DNA of 63,724 bases, counting the filler, from Planctomycetota bacterium (GTDB taxonomy: Bacteria > Planctomycetota > Planctomycetia > JALXBF01): assembly GCA_026991575.1 (NCBI GenBank). It is 10 parts of 10 records of this genome, joined end to end, with 100 filler letters (N's around TTAATTAATTAA, not from the genome) between each part and the next. Parts side by side here need not be neighbours in the genome. Positions count along the whole stretch, not along the records: positions 26,976 to 35,017 come from JALXBF010000025.1; positions 35,118 to 43,093 come from JALXBF010000026.1; 8 more parts are not named here. One strand, given 5' to 3'. The position numbers and the translations under genes were made by a program. Positions 29,216 through 40,090 of the stretch are shown here, piece by piece. The notes under the pieces were generated by a model that made no database searches, was not told the DNA's origin, and worked only from the letters and a program-made list of their open reading frames with translations. Numbering within the stretch: position 1 is the first letter of the stretch; the number at the start of each line of letters is the position of its first letter.

Positions 29216-29989
29216 ATGACGGACGGTGGCAGCGGGACGGTCGGGTACCGTGGGGCCCCGTTGCGGATTGCTATGTGGTCGGGGCCAAGAAACGTGTCGA
29301 CGGCGCTGATGCGATCCTGGGGCAATCGTCCGGACACGCATGTGGTCGATGAGCCCTTCTACGCATACTACTTGCTCGCTACAAATGCCCCTCATCCGGG
29401 TCGAGAAGAAGTACTCGCGCACCATGAGACGGACTGGCGCCGTGTTGTGGAACAACTCACGGGACCGATTCCCGGCGGCAAACCTATCTTCTACCAGAAG
29501 CACATGACGCACCACTTGCTGCCGGAGATCGATCGCAGCTGGTTTGACCGCGTCACGCACTGCTTCCTGATTCGCGATCCGCGCGAGGTGCTCCTTTCGT
29601 TGCACCGCAAGACGCCGGATCCGCCGCTGGAGGCGACCGGGTTCCCCCAACAGGCGGCGATCTTCCGGGAAGTCTGCGAGCGGACCGGGCAGGTACCGCC
29701 GGTGGTTGATGCACGCGAGTTGTTGACCAATCCGCGTTACGTGCTGAACTGGCTGTGCGATCGGCTGGGGGTTCCGTTCCTCGAAGCCATGTTGCGTTGG
29801 CCGCCGGGCCGGCGGGAAACGGACGGCGTGTGGGCCAAGTACTGGTACGAGCGCGTTGAGCAATCCACCGGTTTCGAGCCTTATCGGCCTCGGCCCGGGA
29901 GCCTACCGCGTCGCCTGCTTCCGGTGTACCGCGAATGTCTTCGCTGCTACGAGCTGCTCCGGGAACACGCCGTTGAACTGCCCCACTAG
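29216..29989 (+). CDS. Sulfotransferase-like P-loop protein (type associated with class IV aminotransferases)
   Basis: MWSGPRNVSTALMRSW, DEPFY, FYQKHM, DGVWAKYWY..V..STGF. Confidence 0.88.
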   Translation: MTDGGSGTVGYRGAPLRIAMWSGPRNVSTALMRSWGNRPDTHVVDEPFYAYYLLATNAPHPGREEVLAHHETDWRRVVEQLTGPIPGGKPIFYQKHMTHHLLPEIDRSWFDRVTHCFLIRDPREVLLSLHRKTPDPPLEATGFPQQAAIFREVCERTGQVPPVVDARELLTNPRYVLNWLCDRLGVPFLEAMLRWPPGRRETDGVWAKYWYERVEQSTGFEPYRPRPGSLPRRLLPVYRECLRCYELLREHAVELPH

Positions 29990-30187
29990 GCGTCTCACGG
30001 CTTGCGCATGGAACCATCGGCAACCGAGAACGACCGGCTGCAGGGGGACGGCGGCCGCAGCGCCCTGGTTGCCGCGGCGCTCCGAACGCTTGTTGAGGAT
30101 GGGCACGGGGCCGGACCGCGAAAGCACCGATTGCGATGCTCGGAGTGACCGTCGAAAACTGGCAGGCTTGCAGGCCGGACGGAGATC

Positions 30188-31105
30188 ATGCTGCAGAAGT
30201 TTGACCCGCGCAATCGCGACATTCTCATCAACATCAACGGCAAGCTGTATCCGCGCGACCAGGCCGGGATCAGTCCGTTCGATTCCGCGGTTCAAGGCGG
30301 TGATGCGGTCTGGGAGGGGTTGCGCCTGTACCAGGGGAGGATCTTCAAGCTCATCGAGCACCTGGACCGCCTCCGTAGCTCGGCCGTGGCGCTAGCGTTC
30401 CAGCAGATCCCGACCCACGACGAGATCATCCAAGAGATTCGCAAGACACTATTGGCCAATCGCATGTACGACGGCGTTCACATCCGCCTTACCCTGACGC
30501 GCGGCGAGAAGATCACCTCGGGTATGGATCCACGCTTGAATCAATCCGGCCCGACACTGATCGTTCTCGCGGAATTCAAGGAGCCGGTCTATGACAAGAG
30601 CGGCATTCGGCTGATTACGAGCACGATCCGACGCTTCCCGCCGGACTGTCTTGATCCGAAGATCCATCACGCCAATCTGATCCAGTCGATTCTGGCGAAG
30701 ATTCAGGCGAACCAGGCTGGTGCCGATGATGCGATCATGCTCGATTACCGCGGGTTCGTCGCCGAAACGAACGCGACGCATCTGTTCATTGTGCACAGAG
30801 GCGAGGTGGCCACACCTCTGCCGGTGGCGTGCCCGGAAGGCATCACCCGCGCAACGGTGCTGGAGCTGTGCCGCGAGCACGGCATTGCGTGCGTGGAGCG
30901 CGACATCAGCTTGACTGAGGTGTATCGCGCGGACGAAGTCTTTTGTACGGGGACGCTCGGTGAGTTGGTCCCGGTGGTTGAAGTGGACGGTCGCCGAATC
31001 GGCGATGGCCGTCCCGGGCCGGTGACGAAGCGATTGTCGGAGCTGTATCGTGCGTTGACCGCCTGCTCCGGCTACCGAATCGTCGACGCCGACGAGATCG
31101 CGTAG
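30188..31105 (+). CDS. Class IV (branched-chain/D-amino acid) aminotransferase
   Basis: GDAVWEGLR, IRLTLTRG, PKIHHANL, EGITR, ADEVFCTGT. Confidence 0.93.
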   Translation: MLQKFDPRNRDILININGKLYPRDQAGISPFDSAVQGGDAVWEGLRLYQGRIFKLIEHLDRLRSSAVALAFQQIPTHDEIIQEIRKTLLANRMYDGVHIRLTLTRGEKITSGMDPRLNQSGPTLIVLAEFKEPVYDKSGIRLITSTIRRFPPDCLDPKIHHANLIQSILAKIQANQAGADDAIMLDYRGFVAETNATHLFIVHRGEVATPLPVACPEGITRATVLELCREHGIACVERDISLTEVYRADEVFCTGTLGELVPVVEVDGRRIGDGRPGPVTKRLSELYRALTACSGYRIVDADEIA

Positions 31106-31312
31106 CCGCCCTTTGCGCGCGATGCGCACGCGGTTGACCGCCGCCCGTTGGCCTGGCGTGGTGCCGGAGGCTCGCGGCGCACTGGCGCACGTAGTAAGCA
31201 CCATGCGAACGGGAGTTGCCGGCAAGTCCTGCTGCGGGGCGCAGTGGGCGGACGAGGGCTGGGTGCTAGAATTCAGCGGGTGGCGTGTGGTAGTTTTGAG
31301 GAACGGACCGCT

Positions 31313-31900
31313 ATGGAAATCGTTCTTTATCCACATCCGGCGCTTCGGCGGGTGGCTCGGCCCGTGGCCGAGGTGACCGACTCGGTGCGCAAGGTAGCGG
31401 CCGAGATGATCCGGCTGATGGATGAGCACAACGGTTTGGGCCTGGCCGCAAATCAAGTTGCCTTGCCAATTCGGCTCTTCGTGCTCAGTGCCCAGGTCGA
31501 CCCGTGGGGTGAGGGAAAACCGCGGGTATTCATCAACCCGGAAATCCTGCAGCGAAGCGGGCAGGAAGTGCGCGAAGAGGGGTGCTTGAGCTTGCCCGGC
31601 TTGTATGCTGAGCTCTCCCGTCCGGCCCGCGTAGTGGTACGGGCGTTGAACGAGGCCGGAGAGCCGTTCGAGCTGGAGGTAGGTGAGCTTCCGGCCAGGG
31701 TCATCCAGCATGAGTGGGACCACCTGCGGGGCATCCTCTTTATCGATCGGCTGATGCCCGCGGTGCTCCGCAGCTTGCTGCCGGGCCTTCGAGAACTTGA
31801 GCGGTTGCACCGACAGCGGCAGCGCAGCGGAGAACTGCCGCCAGATCCGGAGATCGAACGGATGTTGCAGGAGGCTGAGCTGGCTTATGCTGGCGCCTAA
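31313..31900 (+). CDS. def: Peptide deformylase
   Basis: GLGLAANQV, EGCLS, QHEWDHLRG. Confidence 0.97.
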   Translation: MEIVLYPHPALRRVARPVAEVTDSVRKVAAEMIRLMDEHNGLGLAANQVALPIRLFVLSAQVDPWGEGKPRVFINPEILQRSGQEVREEGCLSLPGLYAELSRPARVVVRALNEAGEPFELEVGELPARVIQHEWDHLRGILFIDRLMPAVLRSLLPGLRELERLHRQRQRSGELPPDPEIERMLQEAELAYAGA

Positions 31901-32034
31901 CCCGCCCAGCCCCACGCCGGCACGCTGCCACCCTGCCTCAGCCGATTCGTCGTTTGTCCCTTCTGCTGTATGCTGTGCTCCCCGGCCGGTAGCCGAGCGC
32001 CACGGATCAGCACTCCTCCGCCGCGGAGCAGACG

Positions 32035-33012
32035 ATGCCAGCGGAACCAAAGCAGGCACGCATCGTGTTCATGGGCACCGGCGACTTCGCGCTACCTTCG
32101 TTCCGGCGGCTGTTGGACGAAGGCTATCGCATTGTGCTGCTCGTGACCCAGCCGGAACGGCCTCAGGGCCGCAAACAGGAACGGATTCCACCGCGCATCA
32201 AGCAGGAGGCGGTCGGCCGAGGCGTGCCGGTCTACCAGCCCGAGAACGTCAACGCTGCGGAAGCGCTCGGCCGGCTTCGTGCCGCTGAGCCGGATCTGAT
32301 CGTACTGGCCGCCTACGGCCAGATCCTCTCGCCGCAAGTTCTTGCCGTGCCGCGTCTGGGTAGCCTCAACATCCACGCTTCCCTTCTGCCGCACTACCGT
32401 GGTGCTGCGCCGGTCAACTGGGCGATCTACCATGGCGAGACGGAGACGGGCGTGACGATCATCACGATGGTGCCGGCAGTGGATGCAGGGGACATCATTC
32501 TGCAGCGAAAGGTGCCGATTGGTCCGGACGAGACGGCGGGCGAGTTGCTCGAACGCCTGGCGCAACTGGCGGCCGAGATGATTCCCGAGGCGGTAAACCG
32601 GTTCGTGCGGGGCGAAGTTGACCCGGTGCCGCAGCCGCCGGGCAAGTTTCGTCGCGCCCCGAAGCTGAGAAAGGAACACGGACGGGTCGATTGGGGCCGC
32701 ACCGCTGAGCAGATCGTCAATCATGTGCGAGCCATGAACCCCTGGCCCGGTGCATTCACGTACTGGCACCGCCCAGGCAAACGTCCACTGCGGCTGATCA
32801 TCTGGAAGGCTAGCATGGGGCCAGCTGCTGCCGGCGACGAGCCGCCGGGCACGATTGTCTCCACGGCGCCGCAGTTGTGTGTCCGGACCGGAAACGGGGG
32901 GACTGTGGCGCTCGTCGAGCTGCAGCCAGAGGGGCGCAAGCGGCTGAGGGCAGACGAGTTCGTACGCGGGTACCGGCCCGAGCGAGGCGACCGGCTTGCG
33001 GGAGTACCCTGA
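32035..33012 (+). CDS. fmt: Methionyl-tRNA formyltransferase
   Basis: IVFMGT..FA, AAYGQIL, NIHASLLP.YRGAAP, DAGD. Confidence 0.97.
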   Translation: MPAEPKQARIVFMGTGDFALPSFRRLLDEGYRIVLLVTQPERPQGRKQERIPPRIKQEAVGRGVPVYQPENVNAAEALGRLRAAEPDLIVLAAYGQILSPQVLAVPRLGSLNIHASLLPHYRGAAPVNWAIYHGETETGVTIITMVPAVDAGDIILQRKVPIGPDETAGELLERLAQLAAEMIPEAVNRFVRGEVDPVPQPPGKFRRAPKLRKEHGRVDWGRTAEQIVNHVRAMNPWPGAFTYWHRPGKRPLRLIIWKASMGPAAAGDEPPGTIVSTAPQLCVRTGNGGTVALVELQPEGRKRLRADEFVRGYRPERGDRLAGVP

Positions 33013-33090
33013 CGCGCGGCGTAGAATCACAAGGGAGTAGCCGGGTGCGACGAGCAACGACGAGTTCAAAGCAGGTCTTCAGGATCGTCC

Positions 33091-34539
33091 ATGGTCGAAC
33101 GGGCTACCGGAAAGAAGCTGTATATCGAGACGGTCGGCTGCCAGATGAACGTGCTGGACAGTGAGTTCGTGGCTGCGGCGCTCGCCGAGCGTGGCTACGA
33201 GCTGACCGACGACATCCGCCGTGCCGACGTCATTCTGTTCAACACCTGTAGTGTGCGCCAGCATGCCGAAGACAAGATCTACAGTGCGCTCGGGCGGTTG
33301 AAGCACCGTAAGCGCCGTCAGCCGGAGCTGATCATCGGGGTCATGGGGTGCATGGCGCAGAAGGACCAGAAACTCATCTTCCACCGCGCCCCGCACGTCG
33401 ACCTAGTCGCCGGACCGGGCCAGTTGCACCGTGTGCCAGAGCTGATTGAGCAAGTGGAACGGGAGCGGCAGCGTCAGATGGCGGTTAGCTTGCCTCGCAC
33501 CGCGGGGGCGCGTGGCAAGGTAGCGGAAAGCTTTGAGACGTTCGAGGAGCACGATCCGGATCGGCTCGCGAAGTTCCGCCCGGCTCGGTTTCAGGCGTAC
33601 GTTCGCATCATGATGGGATGCGACAAGTTCTGTACCTTTTGCGTTGTGCCCAGCGTGCGCGGACCGGAGCAGAGCCGTCCGCCGGAGGCGATCCTGGCCG
33701 AGTGCAAGCGGCTCGTGGACGAGGGCTGTGTGGAGATCACGCTGCTGGGTCAGACGGTCAACAGCTACTGTTACCGGCATGGCGACGGTCGTGTGACCCG
33801 GTTGCCCGATCTGCTTGCCGCTGTGCACGAGCTGTCCGGCCTCAGACGCCTGAAATTCGTGACCAACTACCCGCGCGACATGACCGACGAGCTCCTCGAT
33901 GCCGTCCGCTCCCTACCCAAGGTCAGTCCTTACCTGCACGTACCGGCGCAGTCCGGATCCAACGCCGTGCTGAAGCGGATGAAGCGGGGCTACACGGTGG
34001 AAGAGTACCGGGAGATGGTCGAGCGGGTGCGTGAGCGGGTTCCCGACGCGGCATTGGCCAGTGACTTCATCGTCGGATTCTGCGGCGAGACCGAGGAGGA
34101 CTTCGAAGCGACCTGCGAGCTTGTGCGGTGGGCCCAGTTCAAGAACTGCTTCATCTTCAAGTACAGCCCGCGACCGGGAACCAAAGCCGTTGAGCTGTAT
34201 GAGGATGATGTGCCCGAACCGGTCAAACGGCGGCGGAACAACGAACTACTTGCCCTACAGAACGCGATCGGGCTGGCCAACAATCAGCGATTCATCGGCA
34301 AGACGGTGGAAGTGCTCGTGGAGGGTCCCAGTCCGGTCGCACGCGCCAGCGACGCGCAGGACGTCCTGCAGCTCGCCGGTCGGACGCACGATGACCGCAT
34401 CGTGGTCTTTGACGGCAACCGGCGGCTAATCGGCGAATTCGTCCAGGTGCGGGTCACGGCGGTGACACCCACGACGCTGATCGGTTCGATTGTTACGGTT
34501 GAAGGGAAACTGCCGAGTTTGGTGCAGGCGGGTTTGTGA
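33091..34539 (+). CDS. miaB: tRNA-2-methylthio-N6-dimethylallyladenosine synthase
   Basis: GCQMN..DSE, NTCSVR, GCMAQ, CDKFCTFCVVP, YSPRPGT, TRAM domain. Confidence 0.97.
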   Translation: MVERATGKKLYIETVGCQMNVLDSEFVAAALAERGYELTDDIRRADVILFNTCSVRQHAEDKIYSALGRLKHRKRRQPELIIGVMGCMAQKDQKLIFHRAPHVDLVAGPGQLHRVPELIEQVERERQRQMAVSLPRTAGARGKVAESFETFEEHDPDRLAKFRPARFQAYVRIMMGCDKFCTFCVVPSVRGPEQSRPPEAILAECKRLVDEGCVEITLLGQTVNSYCYRHGDGRVTRLPDLLAAVHELSGLRRLKFVTNYPRDMTDELLDAVRSLPKVSPYLHVPAQSGSNAVLKRMKRGYTVEEYREMVERVRERVPDAALASDFIVGFCGETEEDFEATCELVRWAQFKNCFIFKYSPRPGTKAVELYEDDVPEPVKRRRNNELLALQNAIGLANNQRFIGKTVEVLVEGPSPVARASDAQDVLQLAGRTHDDRIVVFDGNRRLIGEFVQVRVTAVTPTTLIGSIVTVEGKLPSLVQAGL

Positions 34540-34579
34540 GCCTGCCGGCTGCGATACCCTCCGCTGACAGTGTTCGCTG

Positions 34580-35017
34580 ATGGACCGACTTGATCCGGAA
34601 GCTATGCAACGTGATCCGGCCGCCGTGCGCGCCGTTCTGGCTCGCTGGCGGGTGCGCGACATTGAGGGGGCACAGAAGACGCTCCGTTGGTTACTGAGCT
34701 GCGATGCCGTTAGCCCTGTGACCGATCGGCTGTTGGCCGGTCTGGAACGCCATCTCTCAGAGAATCCCGAACCAGACCGAGCCCTACGCAATTTGCAGCG
34801 CGTGCTGGAAGCGGTCCTGGCAGCAAGCACCGGCACGTCCCTTTTGGGCGAGCTGGTCGAGCGTCTAGGCGAGCTGCTTACGCTCCTGGGCAGTTCTCAG
34901 TATCTGGCCGACCAGCTTGTCCGCCACCCTGACTGGTTTGTGTGGCTGCGGGACGTGGGGACCCGCTTGCACACGGCGGACGAGCTGGCGGTGACGTTGG
35001 CGGAGCAGCTGCGCGGG
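34580..35017 (+). CDS. glnE: Glutamine synthetase adenylyltransferase-like protein, N-terminal part (3'-truncated)
   Basis: PEPDRALRNLQR, LLGSSQYLADQLVRHP. Confidence 0.7.
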
Positions 35018-35117
35018 NNNNNNNNNNNNNNNNNNNNNNNNNNNNNNNNNNNNNNNNNNNNTTAATTAATTAANNNNNNNNNNNNNNNNNNNNNNNNNNN
35101 NNNNNNNNNNNNNNNNN
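35018..35117. other. Artificial contig linker
   Basis: N44-TTAATTAATTAA-N44. Confidence 0.99.
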
Positions 35118-35321
35118 GCGGCGTCGGGCCATCTTTCACGGGGGTAGAAAAACGAACAAAGCCCGTACCGCCCGCGCTACCCATCAACACAGCGGCAGGG
35201 GGGCATAAAGCCCCCCTGCCGCCCATTGAACCACGCTCCCGGGCTCATTCGGCCATCCCCTCGGCAGGGTGCTGCTCTGTGCCCCCCCAAGCAGCCACGC
35301 AGTTACCAACGGCGACACGGT
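35118..35321 (+). repeat. Rhs-associated structured repeat, copy 1
   Basis: 13-bp perfect hairpin GCGGCAGGGGGGC-ATAAA-GCCCCCCTGCCGC (35192-35222); homologous to 41262-41470 and to 56701-56832 (minus). Confidence 0.8.
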
Positions 35322-37340
35322 GCGCTATGAGTACGACGTGCTGCACCGGCCGGTGAAGGTGATCGATCCCGATGAGGACACCGACCCGATAAACAACCCC
35401 GTCTGGCAGACGCTCTACAACGCAGCCGACGAAGCCATCGCAACCATCGATCCGCTGGGCCGCCAGACCACCTACGGCTACGATGCCCTCGGAACGCTGG
35501 TCACCGTCACCACCCCAATGGGCTTTGTCACCAGCTACGGCTACGACGCCGAGCAGCGGCTCCTGTCGGTGACCGACCCGCTGGGCCGGACCACCAGCTA
35601 CGAACGTGACGCACGCGGACGGGTCATCGCTATCACCGATCCAACCGGCGCCAAGAGCACCTTCGCCTGGGATGCCGTCGACCGGCTCGTCCGTCACACC
35701 GACCCGCTGGCAGGCCTGGAGACCAGCCAGACCGACTATCAGTACGACAATCTCGACCGGCTCATCGAGCTGGTCGACGCGGAGGGGAACCGCTGGAAGT
35801 GGGAGTATGACTCCGTGGGCAACCGGATCGCGGCGATCGATCCGCTGGGGAACCGCTCCGAATGGGACTACGATGCACGCAATCGAGTGATCGCCACCCG
35901 CGATCCGCTGGGCAATCAGACCACCATCACCTACACCCTCACCGGCATGGTCGCCGCGGTCACTGACCCCTTGGGCCGCACGACGCGGTACCGCTACAAC
36001 GCCCGGGACTGGCGGACGGCCATCATCCTACCCGATGGCGACAGCGACCCGAACAACAACCCGGAGATCACTTTTGGCTATGATGAGGAAGGCAACCTCA
36101 TCTCGCTGACCGATGCCGATGGGAACACGACCCAGTGGCGGTTCGATGCCGTGGATCGGGTCATCGAAGAAATCAACGCGCTGGGGCTGAGCCGCTTCTT
36201 CGAGCACGATGCCGCCGGACAGCTGACGGCCGTCGTCGATCGCAACGGACGACGCCGTGAGTTCGACTACGACCTCGACGGTCGCCGCACCGCAGAGAAG
36301 TGGCTCGACGGCCAGGGCCAGATCATCTTCCAGATCAGCTACACGTGGGATGCCGCCAACCAGTTGATCGGCGTCTCCGACCCGAACCAGACCTACACGC
36401 TTGCCTACGACGACGCCGGCCGCATCATCAGTCTTGACAACACCGGCAGCCCCTCCATCTACCCGGTCATTCAGCTCACCAACACCTACGACGATGCCGG
36501 CAACCGCATCCGCCTCACCGACAACTACGGCACCGAGTGGCGGTACCAGTATGACAAGCTGTCGCGGATGACGCAGGCGGAGTTGGTGGTCAGCGGCACG
36601 CCGAAGGCCACCGCGCAGTTCGCCTACGATGCGGCCAGCCGGCTGGTGCAGATGGTCCGCTTTGAGCCCGGCTCCGGTGGTGGCTGGGGTCAGGATCCCC
36701 AGATCGTCACCAACTACAGCTATGATGCCGCCTCGCGGCTGACGCTCATTGACCACGACTACGTCGATTCGCAGGGCAATGCGACGCCGCTGGCGGACTT
36801 CGCCTACACGTGGGATGCGGCCGGTCAGATTGTGGCGTACAGTGGCCCGGAGGGAACGCGCACGTATGCGTACGACCCGCAGGGTCAGTTGACGGACGTG
36901 TGGGATGGCCAGGGGAACCTGATCGAGTACTACCGCTACACGCCCAATGGCAATCGAACGGAGTCGCACCTGCACGGCACGGGCTACGTGACCGGAGCGG
37001 ACAACCGGTTGCTCTCGGATGGAACCAATGACTACGAGTACGACAACGAAGGCAACCTCATTCGCAAGACGAACACGGTGACCGGCGAGGTGACGGAGTA
37101 CACGTGGGACTACCGCAACCGGCTGACGGCGGTGGTGCACAAGGATGGCCAGGGGAATGTGCTGTGGACTGAGACGTACGTCTACGATGCGTTCAACCGC
37201 CGGATCGCGTTCTACGAGGACCCGGACGGTCCGACCGGCCCAGAGCCGGAGCGGTTCACGTTTGTGCTGCATGACCTGGCTCAGCCCCCAACGGCCGCGC
37301 AGGTCGCCAAGGGCGGCCTAGCCCCAGCGGTTCTGCTGCC
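35269..37340 (+). pseudogene. Rhs/YD-repeat protein fragment lacking an N-terminus and the Rhs core end
   Basis: Many YD...(T/I)DPLG repeats; no convincing start; no RYYDP...DPxG core end. Confidence 0.85.
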
Positions 37341-37364
37341 AGTGACGCACGCAACGCGGACGAG

Positions 37365-37766
37365 GTGCCGTTCATCGAAGGTTATGTTGGAGGTGATATC
37401 GGCGTGGGCCTCGGGCCGCTAGGCATCGAAGCGCAAGGCGAAGCAGGCGCTGGTATCCGTGCCGATGACCCTGACTTCGCGTATGGCTTCATCGGCTTTG
37501 ACACGCCCTTCGGTATGTCCACGGATTTCGATCTGGGCTTCACGATAAAAGGGGAACTGTACGGCGGCATGTCATTGCGGGAGGCTTATGAACACATAGT
37601 AGACGTCGTACAGAGCTCGATGGAGGCAGCTGAACGCATCTACGAAAGACTGCGCGAAGGCATCGAGCGTGCCTACGGTTGGATCGGACGGGTGTGGCAA
37701 AAGATGACTGAATATGCGGGTCGCGCGTACCGAGAGGCTGTCGATGCTATCGGAGGACTCCTGTAG
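37365..37766 (+). CDS. Putative orphan Rhs C-terminal toxin tip (out of frame with the Rhs)
   Basis: Gly-rich GxG segment plus amphipathic helix directly after the Rhs repeats; frame also open upstream of the GTG. Confidence 0.5.
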   Translation: MPFIEGYVGGDIGVGLGPLGIEAQGEAGAGIRADDPDFAYGFIGFDTPFGMSTDFDLGFTIKGELYGGMSLREAYEHIVDVVQSSMEAAERIYERLREGIERAYGWIGRVWQKMTEYAGRAYREAVDAIGGLL

Positions 37767-37897
37767 GTGGCTTGTGCCACCGGTAGGCAGCCGGGCAGCC
37801 CAGGGCACCTGTGGTACGGCACTTACAGGTATCGCACCTCCTCCCCTGGGCACAGCTGGAGGCAGCAGCCAATGTCTTTTCGTCAGGTGGCTATGAT

Positions 37898-39085
37898 ATG
37901 TCCACGCTGTTGGTGATTTTGCTGTTGGTCTTTTTCCTTGGATGGGTCGTCGTCTGCGGACGAGCGGTGGTTCGTGCCGCTCGGCGCGTGCGTCCGGGCC
38001 AGTACCATCAAGCGCGCGCTTCACGTGTGACCGTGCCAGCTGACCGGCGCTTCGTCCCCCTGGTTACTGCCGCTCGTGTTGCCATCGTGGTGGGCGTGGC
38101 CAGCGGTAGTTTCTTCGCGGCACGCGGAATGGGAATCGATCGAAGTGTGCTGGGGGAATTCGTACTGGCCTCTCTACTTGCGCCGTTGGTCCTGCCGTTT
38201 TGGGCTCTCGTGCGAGCGGCCTTTCTAAGCTTTGCCATGGCCTATAGGGAACGGTTTCTGGAATTGTTTCTGTGCCGGGTGATGCGCCTGGGGGTCGCGA
38301 CTAGCACACGGTGTATCGAAGGAGTGGTTTACCTGCTCGACGAAATGACCTATGCGATGGCGAACGCTGCCGTACCCGTCGCATTCGGCGTGGTCTCAGT
38401 GCTCGGCCACCTGGGCTTGGTCGCATTACCTCATAACGAACCTCCCACGCGGCTTTGGCTCCTCTTTGTCCCTTTGCCCAGCACCTCGGCTCTGGGATAC
38501 GTCCTGGCCATACGGGTCCGGAACCGCGCCATGCAATGGTTTCGCGTTCCGGACCGCGACGGCTCACGTATCACGGTAACCGTGCCAGTCCCGCGAGCCG
38601 TCTCAAGCGGCCGTCTCGCCGTGGCAGTCTGCGCATTCGCCACCGGCCTGTGCCTGGCCAGCGCTGGGACCATCACCTGGAATGTCGCGGCGATTCTGCT
38701 GACTCTTGCGTACGGCTTTGCGAGCTGCCTGTTGGTCATAGCGTGGTCACTCTGCCGTGCCTTCTTCCTGCGGAGAATGGCCGAGCATGCAAACCAGGTC
38801 TGGGCTGAGGGAAAATCGAGCCGGATTAGCTCTTTGGCTCTGTTCATGGATGAAGTGACTCTGGCGTGGACGCTGGGCTACCCTCCATTGGGAGTCGCGG
38901 CTGCTTATTGGTTCGGTCAGTGGGCAGGGTGGCTGCGACTGCCCGAGAACCAGGCACCCTGGGTCTACGCTGCGTTGGTTGCCATCCCGGTCGTCCTTTG
39001 TGTCTTTGGACTAACGGCGGCAGGCCTAGTGCGCCGCGTACTTGCCGTTTCTGAAATCGCCGTCGACCCGAAGGCCCCCCAATGA
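37898..39085 (+). CDS. Internally duplicated multi-TM membrane protein, candidate immunity protein
   Basis: Two similar halves (LLDEMTYA/FMDEVTLA; WALVRAAFL/WSLCRAFFL; LPHNEPP/LPENQAP); AGGTGG before ATG. Confidence 0.7.
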   Translation: MSTLLVILLLVFFLGWVVVCGRAVVRAARRVRPGQYHQARASRVTVPADRRFVPLVTAARVAIVVGVASGSFFAARGMGIDRSVLGEFVLASLLAPLVLPFWALVRAAFLSFAMAYRERFLELFLCRVMRLGVATSTRCIEGVVYLLDEMTYAMANAAVPVAFGVVSVLGHLGLVALPHNEPPTRLWLLFVPLPSTSALGYVLAIRVRNRAMQWFRVPDRDGSRITVTVPVPRAVSSGRLAVAVCAFATGLCLASAGTITWNVAAILLTLAYGFASCLLVIAWSLCRAFFLRRMAEHANQVWAEGKSSRISSLALFMDEVTLAWTLGYPPLGVAAAYWFGQWAGWLRLPENQAPWVYAALVAIPVVLCVFGLTAAGLVRRVLAVSEIAVDPKAPQ

Positions 39086-40090
39086 TGATGGTCGGTGAAT
39101 CGTCGGCAGCCCGGCACAGGCAAGTGCCTGAGGAGACCGGAACCGTGCGGCTGGCATCGCCCATCGGCCACGACCGCTTCCGGGCTGCGTAGTCTGGGAA
39201 AGCACACGCGGGCTTTGGCTAGTTGCCGCAGAAAGCCGCGCTCCCGCTGGCATGGCTCATGCCATTCCAATCGTGCAAGGACAGCCCGTGCGTGCCAGCC
39301 CCATCAGGTCGTCCATAGCGAACGCCAGCGCCGCGCGAACCGACATCCAGCCGAACTTGTGAAGCTGCGAACGGATGCGTCACGTCGTCTACCGGACGGT
39401 TCGGACGATTTGGACCAGCTGCTGTAGCAGGATGCCCATGGTGACGTCGCAGCGGACGGACACGATGCAACCAAAGGCTGGCTGTTTTGTAGGACTAGCC
39501 GGACCGCATCAATAACGGCGTGGCCTTCCGGACATCCCAGGTGTCCGGTTACAGCCGAATGATGCCTTAGTGGTCGCAGAAACGCCTCGCCCCATTCGCC
39601 CCTTGTCTCCCTACCTTACAGCAGCCGGCGCAGTGGAGATCCGTAGCTGAGGATCTCGTGGTAACCATCCCATGATCAAACGCTGAGTAGTCGAGTCCCG
39701 CGCGGGTCACCCCCGTCGGACGGAAGGCTCTGTCAGACGAGAGCGGCGTTTCCGGTTCGCTGCGCGATCGGCAGCGACGCAAACAGCGTTCGATATGCCT
39801 GGTGGACCTCGTCCGCTGGTGCCTCATAGGCCTATTGCAGTCTCGCACGAAAGGCAGCATCTCGCGCTTCGCCGTCTTTCAGATGCGGGTGTGCCTCAAT
39901 CCCGACACCTCACGTTTGCCCGGGATGTAGTCCACTTGCTCGAGGTACTGGCACTTCAGAGCGGAGAACAAATTGACGATCTGGTGCGAGATGCAGCCGT
40001 CATTGGAGTAGCGGAAAGGTCCGTGCACCACTTCCTGAGACACGACGTGCTGCTGCCCTTGCCGGCCATCAGGAGACTCGATGCAGGATC

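Noticed and set aside
30449..32059. 536-aa minus-strand ORF
   Set aside because: Antisense to the aminotransferase and def; typical high-GC shadow
35118..35321. Rhs-associated repeat as integron attC or IS66 end
   Set aside because: No paired RYYYAAC/GTTRRRY boxes; homology runs past GTTAC and does not match the IS66 IRs at 54471/54838
35314..36586. Rhs copies as a DGR template/variable repeat pair
   Set aside because: Differences are not adenine-specific, the repeats exceed 1.2 kb and no reverse transcriptase is present
36028..37272. 414-aa minus-strand ORF
   Set aside because: Antisense shadow of the Rhs repeats
39567..40075. Possible decayed minus-strand gene fragment
   Set aside because: Coding-like but broken by stops and shifts; no family I can name with confidence
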